DNA of 64,000 nt. Source: the human T2T-CHM13v2.0 reference genome, Homo sapiens. Made by a program: the position numbers and the translations under genes. The first letter of the stretch is position 1, and the number at the start of each line of letters is the position of its first letter. The stretch lies in NCBI RefSeq assembly GCF_009914755.1, contig NC_060945.1; one strand, 5' to 3'. Under the pieces are notes generated by a model. It was given only the letters and a program-made list of their open reading frames with translations. It made no database searches and was not told the DNA's origin. Positions 17,653-34,750 of the stretch are shown piece by piece.

Positions 17653-18029
17653 TCATCTTTTCTTAGCAGGGATCCAAACTTAGTGGAAGAGTATTGCCTT
17701 GTTTGGGTGTTTTGCTATTTTTGGAGTTCAGTCAAACAGGGATGTTAATTCCTGGGCCTGGTTCTTGTCTTTGACCTGCTGCAGTAAATGAAGCTTCTCT
17801 ATATGCAACGGGACAGATTCACTGGCTTACAACTGTTTGTTGCTTGCCTTCAGCTGACCACTATTCTTAAGAGTCTCGGTTGGCACTAAGCAATAGCTAT
17901 CCAATCCCCCTTTCCTTCCTTTTATCTACTACGTTCACCATATATGAAATGTCTGATACTTCACCCACTCGTGGATTCCATTTCACTAGTTCACCCTCCT
18001 ACTTCACCACTGGTGAGTGATGCAGCCTC

Positions 18030-18290
18030 GAATCCCATCTTCTCACCAGCTTTAATGCTGCAGAATGGTTTCTCCAGAAGCAGACGCTGCGACTGAGTTT
18101 GGGGTACGAGGATGTTGACATGGTATCAACACCCGTGAAAGGAAGGGGAAGGAAGCAGGACTGGGCGGAGGAAGAAGGGTATGTAAGTCCCGCAAAGCTT
18201 TGGCCAACCTCGTGTGGAGCTCTGGAACGAGAACTGCTGAAGTTCGCCAGACTCGGGCACTCCTGCCTAACTCAGTAACAGGCGGGCGGC
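18030..18290 (-). mobile_element. LTR16-like ERVL LTR remnant (putative 5' LTR of the minus-strand provirus)
   Basis: ggtttctccagaagcagacgctg...ggtatcaacacccgtgaaagga...ggaagcaggactgggc resembles recalled LTR16 reverse consensus. Confidence 0.55.
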
Positions 18291-19900
18291 ATCGGGACAC
18301 GGACACGCTGCTCAGGCCCCGCCACAGCCACCCTCGCACCGTCAGACACACTCCCACACATTCGGGGAGCAGGGCCTTCAGGACGCCGGCGGCGCCCTCT
18401 CAGTCTAGCTCCGCCAGGCCCCTCGTCCGTCCTCCCGCCCTCCAAGGTCACCTCGCGGTCCGACATGGCTGCTGGGGCTCCTTCGGGGCCAACGATGTGT
18501 ACTTCTAGGGCTGTTTTTTAAAGCAAAGGAGTGAACACAGGTAAAGGCACGAGAAAGGTGCCTCGACGCCACCACGGACTGCGCAGCGTTCGCGATCAGC
18601 ACAGCCCGAAAGGGAAGACAGCGGTCAACGCGGACGCGCCATGGCGCGGGGACCAAGGAGGAGCCCCGAGAGGGGCGGGGCTGGCCGGAGGGCCGCGCGC
18701 GGGGCCACCAGCGGCGCCTAGGGGTCAGCGCCAACGCCCACGGGTTGGTCATCCCCACTTAGGCGCCTCGGGCCGCAACTAAGCAGCCTGCCCGCCTCAA
18801 GCCCGCCACCCTCAAGCAGGCCCAGCGCAGAGCCTGTCGGGAGCGGCGCTCTCCCGCCTCTCCCAATGGGAGCCCGGAGCGGCATCGACGCGTCTTCGGG
18901 GCCAATGGAAGCGAGGCTCTGGTGTTGCTGGGCGGGGCCGGGAGGGCTGCGCGGGCCCGAGACCCACTGCGCACGCGCGCTCGCTACCCGCCCTTCCCGC
19001 CGCGCACGCGCTCCCGTGTAGGGCCGGCCGGGCGCTCAGGAGCGCGCGGGGCAGCGGCGGCGCGGCGGAGCCATCCGCGCTCGTGCCCGCGCGGGTGCGT
19101 TGCTGTCCTGGCCGCGCCCCTGTCCCGCCGCCTCCCGCTCCTCGCCTGGCGGATGTAGGTTGTTGGCCTGAGGGGAGCTACGTAGCCGAGGTTTGCGCTG
19201 CCGCCGCCAGGCCCGGTCCGGTTCCAGCCTCTGCCCGGACGCTAGCCGGCCTGGCCATGGCTGACCGCGGGTGCCCGCTGGAGGCGGCGCCGCTGCCTGC
19301 CGAGGTGCGGGAGAGCCTGGCTGAGCTGGAGCTGGAGCTGTCGGAAGGTGAGCCGGACCCCGCCCTCAACCCCCGCGACCCGCCCTCAGCCCGGTCCCCC
19401 GCGCAGCCCCTCACTCCGGGACCCCCGCGCGGCCCCTCACTCCAGGACCCCCGCCCTTCACCCCCGGGACCCCCACGCGGCCTCGCCCCTGGGACCTCTG
19501 CCCCTCAACGGGACCCCGGTTCCTCTACCCTGGAACCCGCCCCTCGCCCCGGAGACACCGTTCCTCAACCCTAGGACCCCGCCCCTCATGTGGGACCCCA
19601 GCACGACCCCTCGCCCCGAGACCCCGGCCCCTTACCCCCGGGAACTCCCGCCCCTCACCCCCGGGACCTCCTGCCCCTCACCCCCGGAACCCCGCGCGGC
19701 CCCTCACCCCGGGGACCCCGCCCTTCACCCTGGGAGCCCCGCGCTGCCCCTCCGGACTCCCGACCCTCAGCCCCGGGACACCCGCGCGGCCCCTCAAACC
19801 AGGGACCACTGCCCCGCCTCTCATACAAGGACCCCTCCCCCATACAAGGACTCCTCCCCCCAGGCCCTTCACACCTGGGACCCTTACTCCTCACCCCGGG
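18260..19900. promoter_or_regulatory. DIP2A: CpG island / TATA-less promoter of DIP2A
   Basis: Very high GC and CpG density. GC boxes at 18672-18681 and 18930-18939; CCAAT at 18863-18867 and 18902-18906; NRF1-type motifs TGCGCACGCGCG at 18968-18979 and CGCGCACGCGC at 19001-19011. Confidence 0.93.
19257..19347 (+). CDS. DIP2A: Disco-interacting protein 2 homolog A, coding exon 1 (MADRGCPLEAAPLPAEVRESLAELELELSEG)
   Basis: Strong Kozak gccATGG; donor GAAG|gtgagc; start of the DMAP1-binding domain (LAELELELSEGDITQKGYEKKR). Confidence 0.97.
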
Positions 19901-19905
19901 ACGCC
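19354..19905. repeat. Degenerate C-rich minisatellite (~20-25 bp units, consensus approx. GGGACCCC(CGCG)GCCCCTCACCCC)
   Basis: Roughly two dozen diverged units immediately after the exon 1 donor. Confidence 0.85.
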
Positions 19906-20813
19906 TGCCAAACTTCTGGAGACCTTTCCCTATCCCCAGCTGCTCCCCCAATGGGATCCGACCCCAAGGACTGGCTTTGACTAGGTCGTTTGGACAGGTG
20001 TGAGAATCTTGAGAGGAATGACCACTTTTGCCCCAAGCTGTGAGCCCCGCTTTTCTCAAGGCTGTAGGTCTGGGCTTGGTCTGGGCTTCACCAGGATGAC
20101 TGCGCCCGTTGTCCGCAGGCAGCTACTTCCCTTGGAGCTGGGAGCCCTTGCCGCGCGCCTCATACTCTAGGAGCTGCACCCTGTGCCTCATTTTATTATC
20201 TATAAAGTGGGGTTATACCAGCACTTTCCATTTTGGATTGTTATGAGGCTAAAATACCTTAATATATGCAAAGCACATAACACTTAGGAGTTGTTAGCCC
20301 CCTCATGGAATTTTTTAAAGTAAAAAAAAAAAGTCGTATAAATGGTTGGTTGATAAAAATAGACTGGAGTAATCTGGCTTCAGAGGTGGTGGGTGGCATT
20401 TCCCATTTGGATGTTATCCCTTTCAAGGCCTGTGTCCTGATATTCCTTTTGGCTGTCTTTGGGAAAGAGTTAAGTTCTTCTCCAGTGTCAGAAAGGACTT
20501 GCAGTCCTTGAAGAAAAGCATGTAATTGATTCTTACTCTGTTTTTGAGATCTAAATGCATTTTCAGCTTTTAGAATCCATTTTTTAAATAATCTTATTAT
20601 CCTTAATTTAAGTTTCAGATTGATAAGATTTTGCTGGGTCTGGGGTAGTTATTTCTCAAAACATCTAAATAATATGCACTAGCATACAGTAAGTCATTTA
20701 ATCCTTGCCAACCTTAGGGAGGTAGATGCTGTTGTGATCTTGTTTTACATATAATACAACATGTACTTGCAACTATTTTGAATTCAGCATTCAGATTTTT
20801 AACAATGTTGTGA

Positions 20814-21428
<615 letters not shown>

Positions 21429-21909
21429 AAAGAAATGGATGGATTTGAGAATTCTTGGTGATTAGATGCTCCTAGGCAGTCTGACAAACTTAAATTAGGA
21501 ATGGGTTTGACAGGATCTACTGTACTGCGTTTGTTAAGGCTCTTTAGGGAAAATCACATATACGCAGTTTAGATTCTGTGCATTTCAAACATATTTTTGC
21601 GTATTGCTCCTAATTTCTGCTCCAATGTATTCATTATTCCCTCAATTTTTTGTGTTGTAGTTGTGTTTGAGTGCTTGCTAGGCATTGACAATTGAATCCT
21701 TTCCTCAAAGAACTTTATAATTTGTGCGACAGAACACAAGTACTTAAATGAAAGAAATGTTTCCTATCTGTTGGATCCATTTATGCTATTGTCATCTTAG
21801 AGATATGTAGGGGATGTATAGGTAAGTAAAGGTATAAGATTATGTAACATGGAGGGGAACCTCGAAAAATAGCTTAAGCTGAGAAAGGGGGTAAACAAAA
21901 AAAGTATTG

Positions 21910-22190
21910 AGCCCAGAAATGGTGGCTTAGGCCTGTTATGTTTGCATTTTGGGAGGCCCAGGCAGGAGGATCACTTGAGCCCAGGAGTTTGAGACCAGCC
22001 TAGGCAACATAGGGAGACCCTGCCTCTTCCAAAAAAAAAAAAAAAATTGGCTGGGCATGGTGGTGTGTGCCTGTAGTCCCAGCTACTTGAGGGGCCGAGG
22101 TGGGAGGATCACCTGACGAGGTTGTGAGCCTTTATAGTGTCACTGCATTCCAGCCTGGGAGACAGAGTGGGACCTTGTCTCAAAAAAAAG
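21910..22190 (+). mobile_element. AluJ-like element
   Basis: Diverged dimer with A-rich linker and tail. Confidence 0.85.
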
Positions 22191-23782
22191 TGTTAAAGGG
22201 AAGACAGCAGAGAACAGAGTAGTAGAGTGGCAGCCAAGGAGGTGGAAGCTCTGGCTTCTTGGCTTCTTTCCCTGCTCCTAGACTGGCCTGACACTTTTCT
22301 TTTGGCCAAAATAGGTCAGTGATTACTTAGGCACAGTCACACGTGGACCTGCTTCCAGGGCGCTTCCACAGGTTAATGCTGGCTTATGTAGTTTATGTGG
22401 TGGTTGTTGTTGACGTGGGCTCTCCCTGTTGGATTTGGAGATGCTTACTGGTAAGGACTTTGTTTTAGGCAGATTTTTGGCTTCTTCACACAGTGGTGGG
22501 CATCTGGTAAAGTGTCTGTGAATCTCCTGTGGATTACAATGTCTCTAAACGTGGGTTTAGTTAGCTGTAAAAGGGGGTGAATACCAGCTTTATTGACATT
22601 CCAGGTTTATTGTCAAGATTCAGTCACATAGTGTGTGTGAAAATGCTTCGAAACTGGTAAGGTGTTTTATTTATATAATTAAAGGGAGATATTAGTAATG
22701 AGTTATAGTCCTAAAACAACCAACATTAGTGTTTCATTGTTATAATTTTTATATATTGTCAAAATAGTGTAACTTTTTTATAGCATTCACATTTATCTAA
22801 GTGAGAAATTGCCTAAAACTTAAGAGTTGTCACTGTGCTTGGTAGGTTGGAAGAAGAAGCTTAACAGTGACAAAGATGCTGTCTTCAACAGAAACTGGTA
22901 ATGAGTGATACCTGAATAATCTAGAAAATCCTGCATGCCTTCCCCTCAGCCTGTTGAAAGTATCCTCTGCCTTTCTTCATACCTCACACCTGGCCTTATT
23001 CTCCAGCATCCTCACTGCATTCTCATCATCAACCATAGTGATTGGCGTTGGCCCTGAGGGAAGGTTCTGGTAGAATGCTATGATTTATTTCCATAGGGCA
23101 AGTTTGCTGAATTTCTGTTATAGATTCCCAAGAGGGAAATAAGGCATAGCTGTGTTCTTGCTCCTTAACTTTTCTGGCTGTTTTGCCCTCTTGACTTAGG
23201 AGTCTGCTTCAGATTAAGATGAAGATGAAGAGTAGAAGTACATGGAACCCCACTCTTCTTAGACCCCCTGCCCCCCAATCATGAACACATACAGAAGAAT
23301 TCATATGTGTGGTTCCTGAAAACCTATCAGGATGTTCATTGATGGAAGTGAGATCATTAGAGGTATAACCTTGATATTTAAAAAAGAATTAATTCCCAAA
23401 CCTTTGTGCTTTGCCTGTTGCTGTAACAAATTACCTTGGACACACCTCACAGCTGATTTTGGCACACCAGTGCTGTACGTGTCTTGGAGCTATTGCTGCT
23501 GAACTGCTTTAAAAACATGGACAGTGGTATTTTGTTCTTTGTTTTAATAGACTACAGTGGGTTAGAGAGGAAATTCCTACACAATAGGCTACCTTTATCC
23601 CATTCCAATTACTTTATTCTGGTTAATAGGTCTATTCCATAGCTTTAACTTTAGTCTTTTTCTTGATTTCTTATATTCTAACAATGCAGGACTTCTAGTC
23701 TAGATGGAATAAAATGAAAAGGGGGAAAAAACTCTGGGTATACAGGAAGAGACTTCTCTCACAAAGCTTTTTTCCTCTTTAA

Positions 23783-24562
<780 letters not shown>

Positions 24563-24594
24563 TCATCTGTCAAAGGCCACCCCAAATGCTCTCT

Positions 24595-24930
24595 ATCTTA
24601 GTCTATTTTGTGTTGTGTTTGTGTTCTATAACAGAACACCACATATAGGTAATTTACAAAGAAAAATTTATTTCTCACAGTTCCAGAGGATGGAAGTCCA
24701 ATATTAAGGTACTAGCATCTAGCAAGGACTTTCTTGGCCTGTCATCCCATGGTGGAAGGTGAGAAGGCAAGAGAATGTGTGGACGAGAGAGGAAGGGGGC
24801 CAAAATCATCCTTTTGTCTGGAACGCATTCCTGATAACTAACCTGTCCCTGCGATAACAGCATTAATCCACTGATCATCTCTTAAAGGTTCTGCCGCTCA
24901 ACACTGCTGCATTGGGCACTGAGTTTCTTC
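24595..24930 (-). mobile_element. MST/MLT1A-like MaLR LTR
   Basis: tatcttagtctattttg...ataacagaacaccac...tttatttctcacagttccagagg... Confidence 0.7.
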
Positions 24931-25412
24931 CTTTTTCTTAATATTCATGTCTTTTTTTTTTTTTTTTTTTCCCAAGAAAACACACAACAAATGTCAGAAT
25001 ATGAGATAGGGAAGTTCTCCTGGAACAGCATGTAGATTATTTTCTAGAGCACTTTAGTTAAATGGTACTTAATGATGATAATTCTTCTGAACACAATTCA
25101 GAATTTGAACCAATATTTGTTGTTTCAGGAAAGCAGAATTTCCTTTGAATGATGGATAAGAATGGTGAGGATCTTTATAATATAGAATAAATTGCTGAAA
25201 AGAAACTTTGAGGGAATATTCAAAGCACCCTCTTATTTTGAACCTTCCTTGATCATCTCTAATGTGACTGCTTTCTCAGAACTTCCATATCATTTGTCCC
25301 CTCTTTTGGAGTTCTTGCTGCTTTTTGTTTTTGTATTTGTTTTCACTTATTCAGTAATTATTCAGTGTCCACTGCATCCTAGGTAATATTTCAGCTGTCA
25401 AAAGTCAGATTT

Positions 25413-25640
25413 TGGCTGGGCATGGTGGCTCACTCCTGTAGTCCCAACACTTTGGGAGGCCGAGGTGGTTGGATCACCTGAGGTCTGGAGTTCGAGACCA
25501 GCCTGACCAACATGACAAAACCCCGTTGCTACTAAATATAACAAAAAAAAAATTAGCTGGTCATGGTGGCACGTGCCTGTAATCCCAGCTACGTGGGAGG
25601 CTGAGGCAGGAGAATCGCTCAAACCCAGGAGGCAGAGGGA
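25413..25640 (+). mobile_element. 3'-truncated Alu
   Basis: Ends at ggaggcagagg with no tail. Confidence 0.85.
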
Positions 25641-25644
25641 GACT

Positions 25645-27115
<1,471 letters not shown>

Positions 27116-27141
27116 TATTATTAAAAATTTTAAATGAGTTA

Positions 27142-27443
<302 letters not shown>

Positions 27444-27956
27444 TTTAAATGAGTTAAATATTTTAAAAATTTCACAGTATTAGTTTTGTTTGTTTGTTTG
27501 TTTGTTTGTTTTTTAAGATAGTGTCTCGCTCTGTTGCCCAGTTGGGAGTGCAGTGGTGTGAGGATAGCTCACTGCTGCCTTTAACTCCTGGGTTCAAATG
27601 ATCTTCTTGCCTCAGTCTCTTGAATAACTAGAACATAGTAGCTGAAAGACATGGATGTCATCATCTATTTCTTTATAATTTTTGTAACATTTTAAAGCTA
27701 TTGCCTAGTTTAATAATTATTTCAGTTTGTGTATGTAAGGACAATCAGGCATTTAAATTTATAAAACATGTTTGAAAATCTTTAAAAGTTACACTTACTG
27801 ACTAGTTGCTTGTCTGTTGCACTAACAAAATTTATTATTCATGATTCGGGAATACCCTCTTTAGGTTTTGTTTGTTTTTTTTTTCATAGTAAATTATCCC
27901 AGTACAAGTGTCTTTGTACAAAATTTTGATTTCTAAGTTTCTTTAAAAATATCAAT

Positions 27957-28555
<599 letters not shown>

Positions 28556-28611
28556 GAGAGAGAAAATCGGCGCCAGAACAAATCCTACACAAGCCCACTT
28601 GTATCAGAAAT

Positions 28612-28990
28612 TTAAAATAGTCAGACTCATAGAAGCAGAGAGTAGAATGGTGGTTGCCAGGGACTGGGGTGGTGGGAGAATCTGGAAGGTGTTGATCAAA
28701 GGGTATATAGTTTCAGTTATACGGGATGAGTAACTGCTAGAGAGCTGCTGTACAGCATAGTGCATATAGTTAACAATACTGTATTGTATATTTAAAAATT
28801 TGTTAAGAGAGTAGAGCTCATGTTAAATGTTCTTATCACAAACAGGAAAGGAAGAAACTTTTAGAGATGATGTTTATGTTTATGTTTATGGTGATGGTTT
28901 CACAGGGATATACTTACCTTTAAATTCATCAAAATTTATATATTAAATATGCACGAGTTCTTATAGGTTAATCATGTCGATTTAAAAAAA
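28612..28990 (+). mobile_element. L1M 3'-end fragment
   Basis: aaaatagtcagactcatagaagcagagagtagaatggtggttgccagggg is a typical L1MA/MB 3' end. Confidence 0.85.
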
Positions 28991-30184
28991 GAAATATCAG
29001 TGATTTCAATTTTAATATCCTAAAACTTTAAACATGCTTCATTGCCAGCTATTCTGTACTTGTTTAATTCCTGTCTTTCTTTCACCGCTTAAGTTTAAAC
29101 TTCACTTTCTGTTGGAGGCTCTGCCTTCTACTAAAGCCCCCTTCTCCCCAACCTTCACAGAATAAAGTGCCTGTGCTCTGTATCCTTTTAAAACTCATTG
29201 TATCACTCTTGTAGGATCATAATTATTTGTTTCATGATTATTTGTTTGCTTGTCTTTTCTATACCATTTTACAGGGAGCATTTCAAGAGGAAGGTTTGAT
29301 CTGCTCATCTTTCTGTCTCCAGCACCTTGCACATTTTAGGCATTTTAATGGATGCTTATTGAGTTAATAAAAGTGAAAACTTCACATGGTGTTTATTCAG
29401 TTTCAAATAAAGAATCCTCTGTAAATGGATTCAAACTTAGCTTTTTTACAGCAGTTTTTCTAATTCAGTGAACCCATCAGCAGGATGGATCTGTGCCTCA
29501 GGGAGCTGTTGAATCAGAGTGTGGCCTTTGTTGCTTTAAGTGACCAGAAAGAAAAAACTTAAGAGGAGACTGAGATAAGTGCACTGTTGCTCCTGTCCTC
29601 CTGTAGGATCCAGGCTAAGCTGGAGAGGCCTCACTGGTGTGGAGCTCGATGACGTACATCTAATCTAATAGTTTGTTTGGGGCCCATGAGGGCATAATCC
29701 ACTGATGGCCTCATCGCCATGCTGTGGGTCCACACTACCCTCAAGCTGAGGCTATGCTTCCTATAGCAGGAATACCAAGGCTCTTTCCCAGGAGTCCTGA
29801 TGAGAACTTTGTCTCAAGGACTCCTCATTGGCCTGGCCGGAACTTTCTTAGTGCTGCCTTTAGTCTAAGACTTTTTCTGTCCCACCTGCCTTCCTTTCCT
29901 CTTCCCCTGGCAAACATCTACTGGTTCCCTCCCCATTTTCCCTCAAGGGCATTTTCCCACATAAATCTCCCTTTCACGTAGTGTGTCCTCAGTGAGCATT
30001 AGCCACGTGTGACTGCTTCTCTTATCATCAGGGCAGGTCAGGGGCCAGGATACCTGTTCCATCTTTTGAAAAAAAAGATAGAATTCAAGAGCTGCAGTTT
30101 TGTTTTTCAAATCACATATTTAATCTTTTAATGTATTATTTTGGCTGATGTGATATACATTTATTTAGTATAAAAATGAATTCA

Positions 30185-31080
<896 letters not shown>

Positions 31081-31179
31081 TCATATTATTTGGTCACTCT
31101 TCTATGTTATAACTGAAGAAAGGAAGGAAATGAATTAGGGTTAAGTTAATGGGAAAACTTTATTCTGCCAGTACATATT

Positions 31180-31583
<404 letters not shown>

Positions 31584-32154
31584 TAAATCTTTTAAAACTA
31601 ATTTTTGCTGTGCAGTGAGCTTGCTTCTGGGTAGAATTAACATAATCCTTGTGGCTCAATCTTTACACCTTTAAATTAGCTGACATTTTCAGTATTGCAC
31701 TGGTCTATTAAAAAGACTAGGAAGTTATACACTGCTTAGCCAAGAAAACTATCGTCAGTGAAGACACAACACTTAAAAATAGCTGTTACTTCTATTGTGT
31801 ATTGATAGATTATCACTTAGACTAATGTACCCAAGGGTCTCCCTTCCCTTTTCACACAGGAAATGCATGGCCTCTGTTCTTAGGATTTCCTGGGTTCTTG
31901 AAGGCAGCAGCTAAAATTATAGCTGGGAGACAGTGATCATGCGGGGGTTTCCTTTCAGACTTTGAATTAATCAGCTATAAGGAAAGAATAGAAATCCTGT
32001 GTCTTCTTTCTACACTGAACTGTTCATAATTTAAGAGTACCATTTTGGAAATAGCAGACAAAGAGCTTTTACACTCTTTCAGATTTTAGAACTTTTTCTG
32101 CAGTATCTTTAGTAAAGAACCTTTAAATTAAGTCTCTGAAACAAAAGGACACAA

Positions 32155-32495
32155 TTGTTGGTATGCTGAAGCCCTAACCCCAATGGATTATATTTGAAGA
32201 CTGGACCTTAAGGAGATATTTAAGATCAAATGAGGTCAAGGGGGTGGGCCCTCATCCAATAGGACTGGTGTCCTTATAAGAAGAGGAGGAGACACCAGGG
32301 ATATTTGTGCATAGAAAGGCCATGTGAAGACATAGGCAGCTGTCTGCAAGCCAAGGAGAGAGGCTTCACCAGAAATGAACCCTCTGGCACCTTGATCTTG
32401 AGCTTTCAGTCTCCAGAACTGTGAGAAAATAAATGTCTGTTGTTTAAGTCGCCCACTCTGGTATTCTGTTACGGCAGCCTGAACAGACGGACACT
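32155..32495 (+). mobile_element. MLT1A/B-like MaLR LTR
   Basis: tgctgaagccctaacccc...ggactggtgtccttataagaagagg...ctccagaactgtgagaaaataaatg. Confidence 0.8.
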
Positions 32496-32999
32496 CAGTG
32501 TGTCATCCTGTTGTTTAACAACATTCAACAGACTGAGTGCCAGGAGGCTTACAGTCTAGCAGGGGCTGAAAGACATGTAAACAGTGGCAATATCATGAAA
32601 TGTGTACAGAACCCAGTCAGCCCAAGGGGAGGGATCATCAGCACTGCGCAAGCTGGGCCAATAGAGGAAGTACAGTTTCCTTGAGCTTTGTTTTGAAAGC
32701 ATGTGTGAAGAGGGTGGAGAAGGAGGAGCGGGGATGGACATGAAGACAAAGGGAGGTGAACCGAAGTTGAGTGGGCCAAGGAATTCCAGGCAGTGTTCCA
32801 CAGGTAGAGGAGGAAAGGCAGGGGCTAACTTACAGCAGGGCTCACACATCCTAGTAAGGAATTTGGACTTGATTCTCTGGAGTCTAGACAAGCTGGTTGA
32901 AACAAACTCAAATTCCTCCCTGTAGCTGGTTGGGTGTTGTGGATGTGTGAGGTGACCAAGAGTAAGGCAGGAGGGGTGCTGGTACCTGTTGCCTCTAGA

Positions 33000-33197
33000 A
33001 TGGCACTGTTTAGAACTTTCTTCTACGATGGGAAAGTTCTGTGGTGTCCAGCATGGTGGCCACCAGCCACATGTGGCTACTGAACACTTGAAATGTGGGT
33101 AGTGGGACGAGGGAACTGATTGTTCAATTTAATTTACTTTTAATTAATTAAAATTTAACCATGCATGGCTAATGGCTGCTGTACTGGACAACAGCAA
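33000..33197. mobile_element. MER3/MER33-like non-autonomous hAT transposon
   Basis: tgtccagcatggtggccaccagccacatgtggctactgaacacttgaaatgtgg...ctgtactggaca. Confidence 0.75.
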
Positions 33198-33379
33198 AGT
33201 GTATGCTCTGCATGAAGGCTTCCTATTAACAAGAAATACCATGAAAATACATTTTATTCCTACCACTGCTCTCGACAAAGGAGAGAAAATGAGCAAGATG
33301 AAAATATGTGTACACATTCAAGAACTCAGTGAATCTTGTAAACAGATGTCAATTTCCTATTTTTAATTAAAGGCTATGG

Positions 33380-33957
<578 letters not shown>

Positions 33958-34089
33958 TAAACAGGTCTTCTTTAATAAATGATGGAGCCAGCAGTACCCC
34001 CACACAGCCCCACCTTTTTAAAAAATGTATTAACAAAACATTTCTGCATAATCTCTTTTGTCTCTTTCTGTCTCCCTCTTTGATTTAGA

Positions 34090-34750
34090 AAGATTGTTCT
34101 GCAGTATGTGAAAAGTAGATTGGAGGAGTCTGAAATTGGGGGACAGAAAAGTTAGCTTGAAAAACCCATTGCAGTAATCCAGGGCAAGAGATTTTGCTGG
34201 TCTGGACAGAGCTGAGCCAATAGGATGGAGAGGGCAATCAGAAGTAGAGCCAGCAGGCTTCTGTGTGAAGTGCACAGTAAAGGAGGGTCTAGGGTGACTC
34301 TGGAGTTTCTGAAACACCTGTCTGGGAGATGATGGTGCTGCTCACGAAGACGTGGAACACAAAAGGAGTGTGAGGCTGCTCTAGGAGATCTGAGTGGTGG
34401 GACCCAGAGTGCATTTGGATATATGAGTCTAGTACTTTCTAGAAAGGGCTAGGCTAGTAATTTGGAAGTCATCAGCACATAGATAGTAATTGGAGTGAAT
34501 ATGATTACCCCATAAGGAGAAATGAATAATGCAAAGAGAGCCTAGGAAAAAACTCTGAGGAACCCAAATCCATACGGGAAAGGCAGAGAAGGGAGAGACT
34601 GCAGGGAAGACTGAGGAAGGAGACAGAACATGTGTGGGCATCTGTGCAGCTGAGGCAGGGAAATGTGTGTGGAGGATTTTCTGGGTCAGTATTCATGACC
34701 AATCATCAGGCAAAGATGACTGTACTTCCTCAAATCTCATTGAAATGGTT
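34090..34750. mobile_element. L2 LINE remnant
   Basis: attgcagtaatccagggcaagag...gatggtgctgctcacgaagac...tttggaagtcatcagcacatagatagtaatt resembles L2. Confidence 0.65.

Noticed and set aside
19050-19210. CGG repeat like that in the paralog DIP2B 5' UTR
   Set aside because: Only 2-3 uninterrupted GCG/GCC units are present.
19348-20059. Long Pro-rich and Gly/Arg-rich ORFs (210, 137 and 134 aa)
   Set aside because: They arise from the stop-poor C-rich minisatellite, are open in several frames, and lie in intron 1.
23162-23199. U12-type intron suggested by TCCTTAAC
   Set aside because: No matching U12 donor (RTATCCTT) noticed upstream, and the motif is ~30 nt from the AG; it is better read as a U2 branch site.
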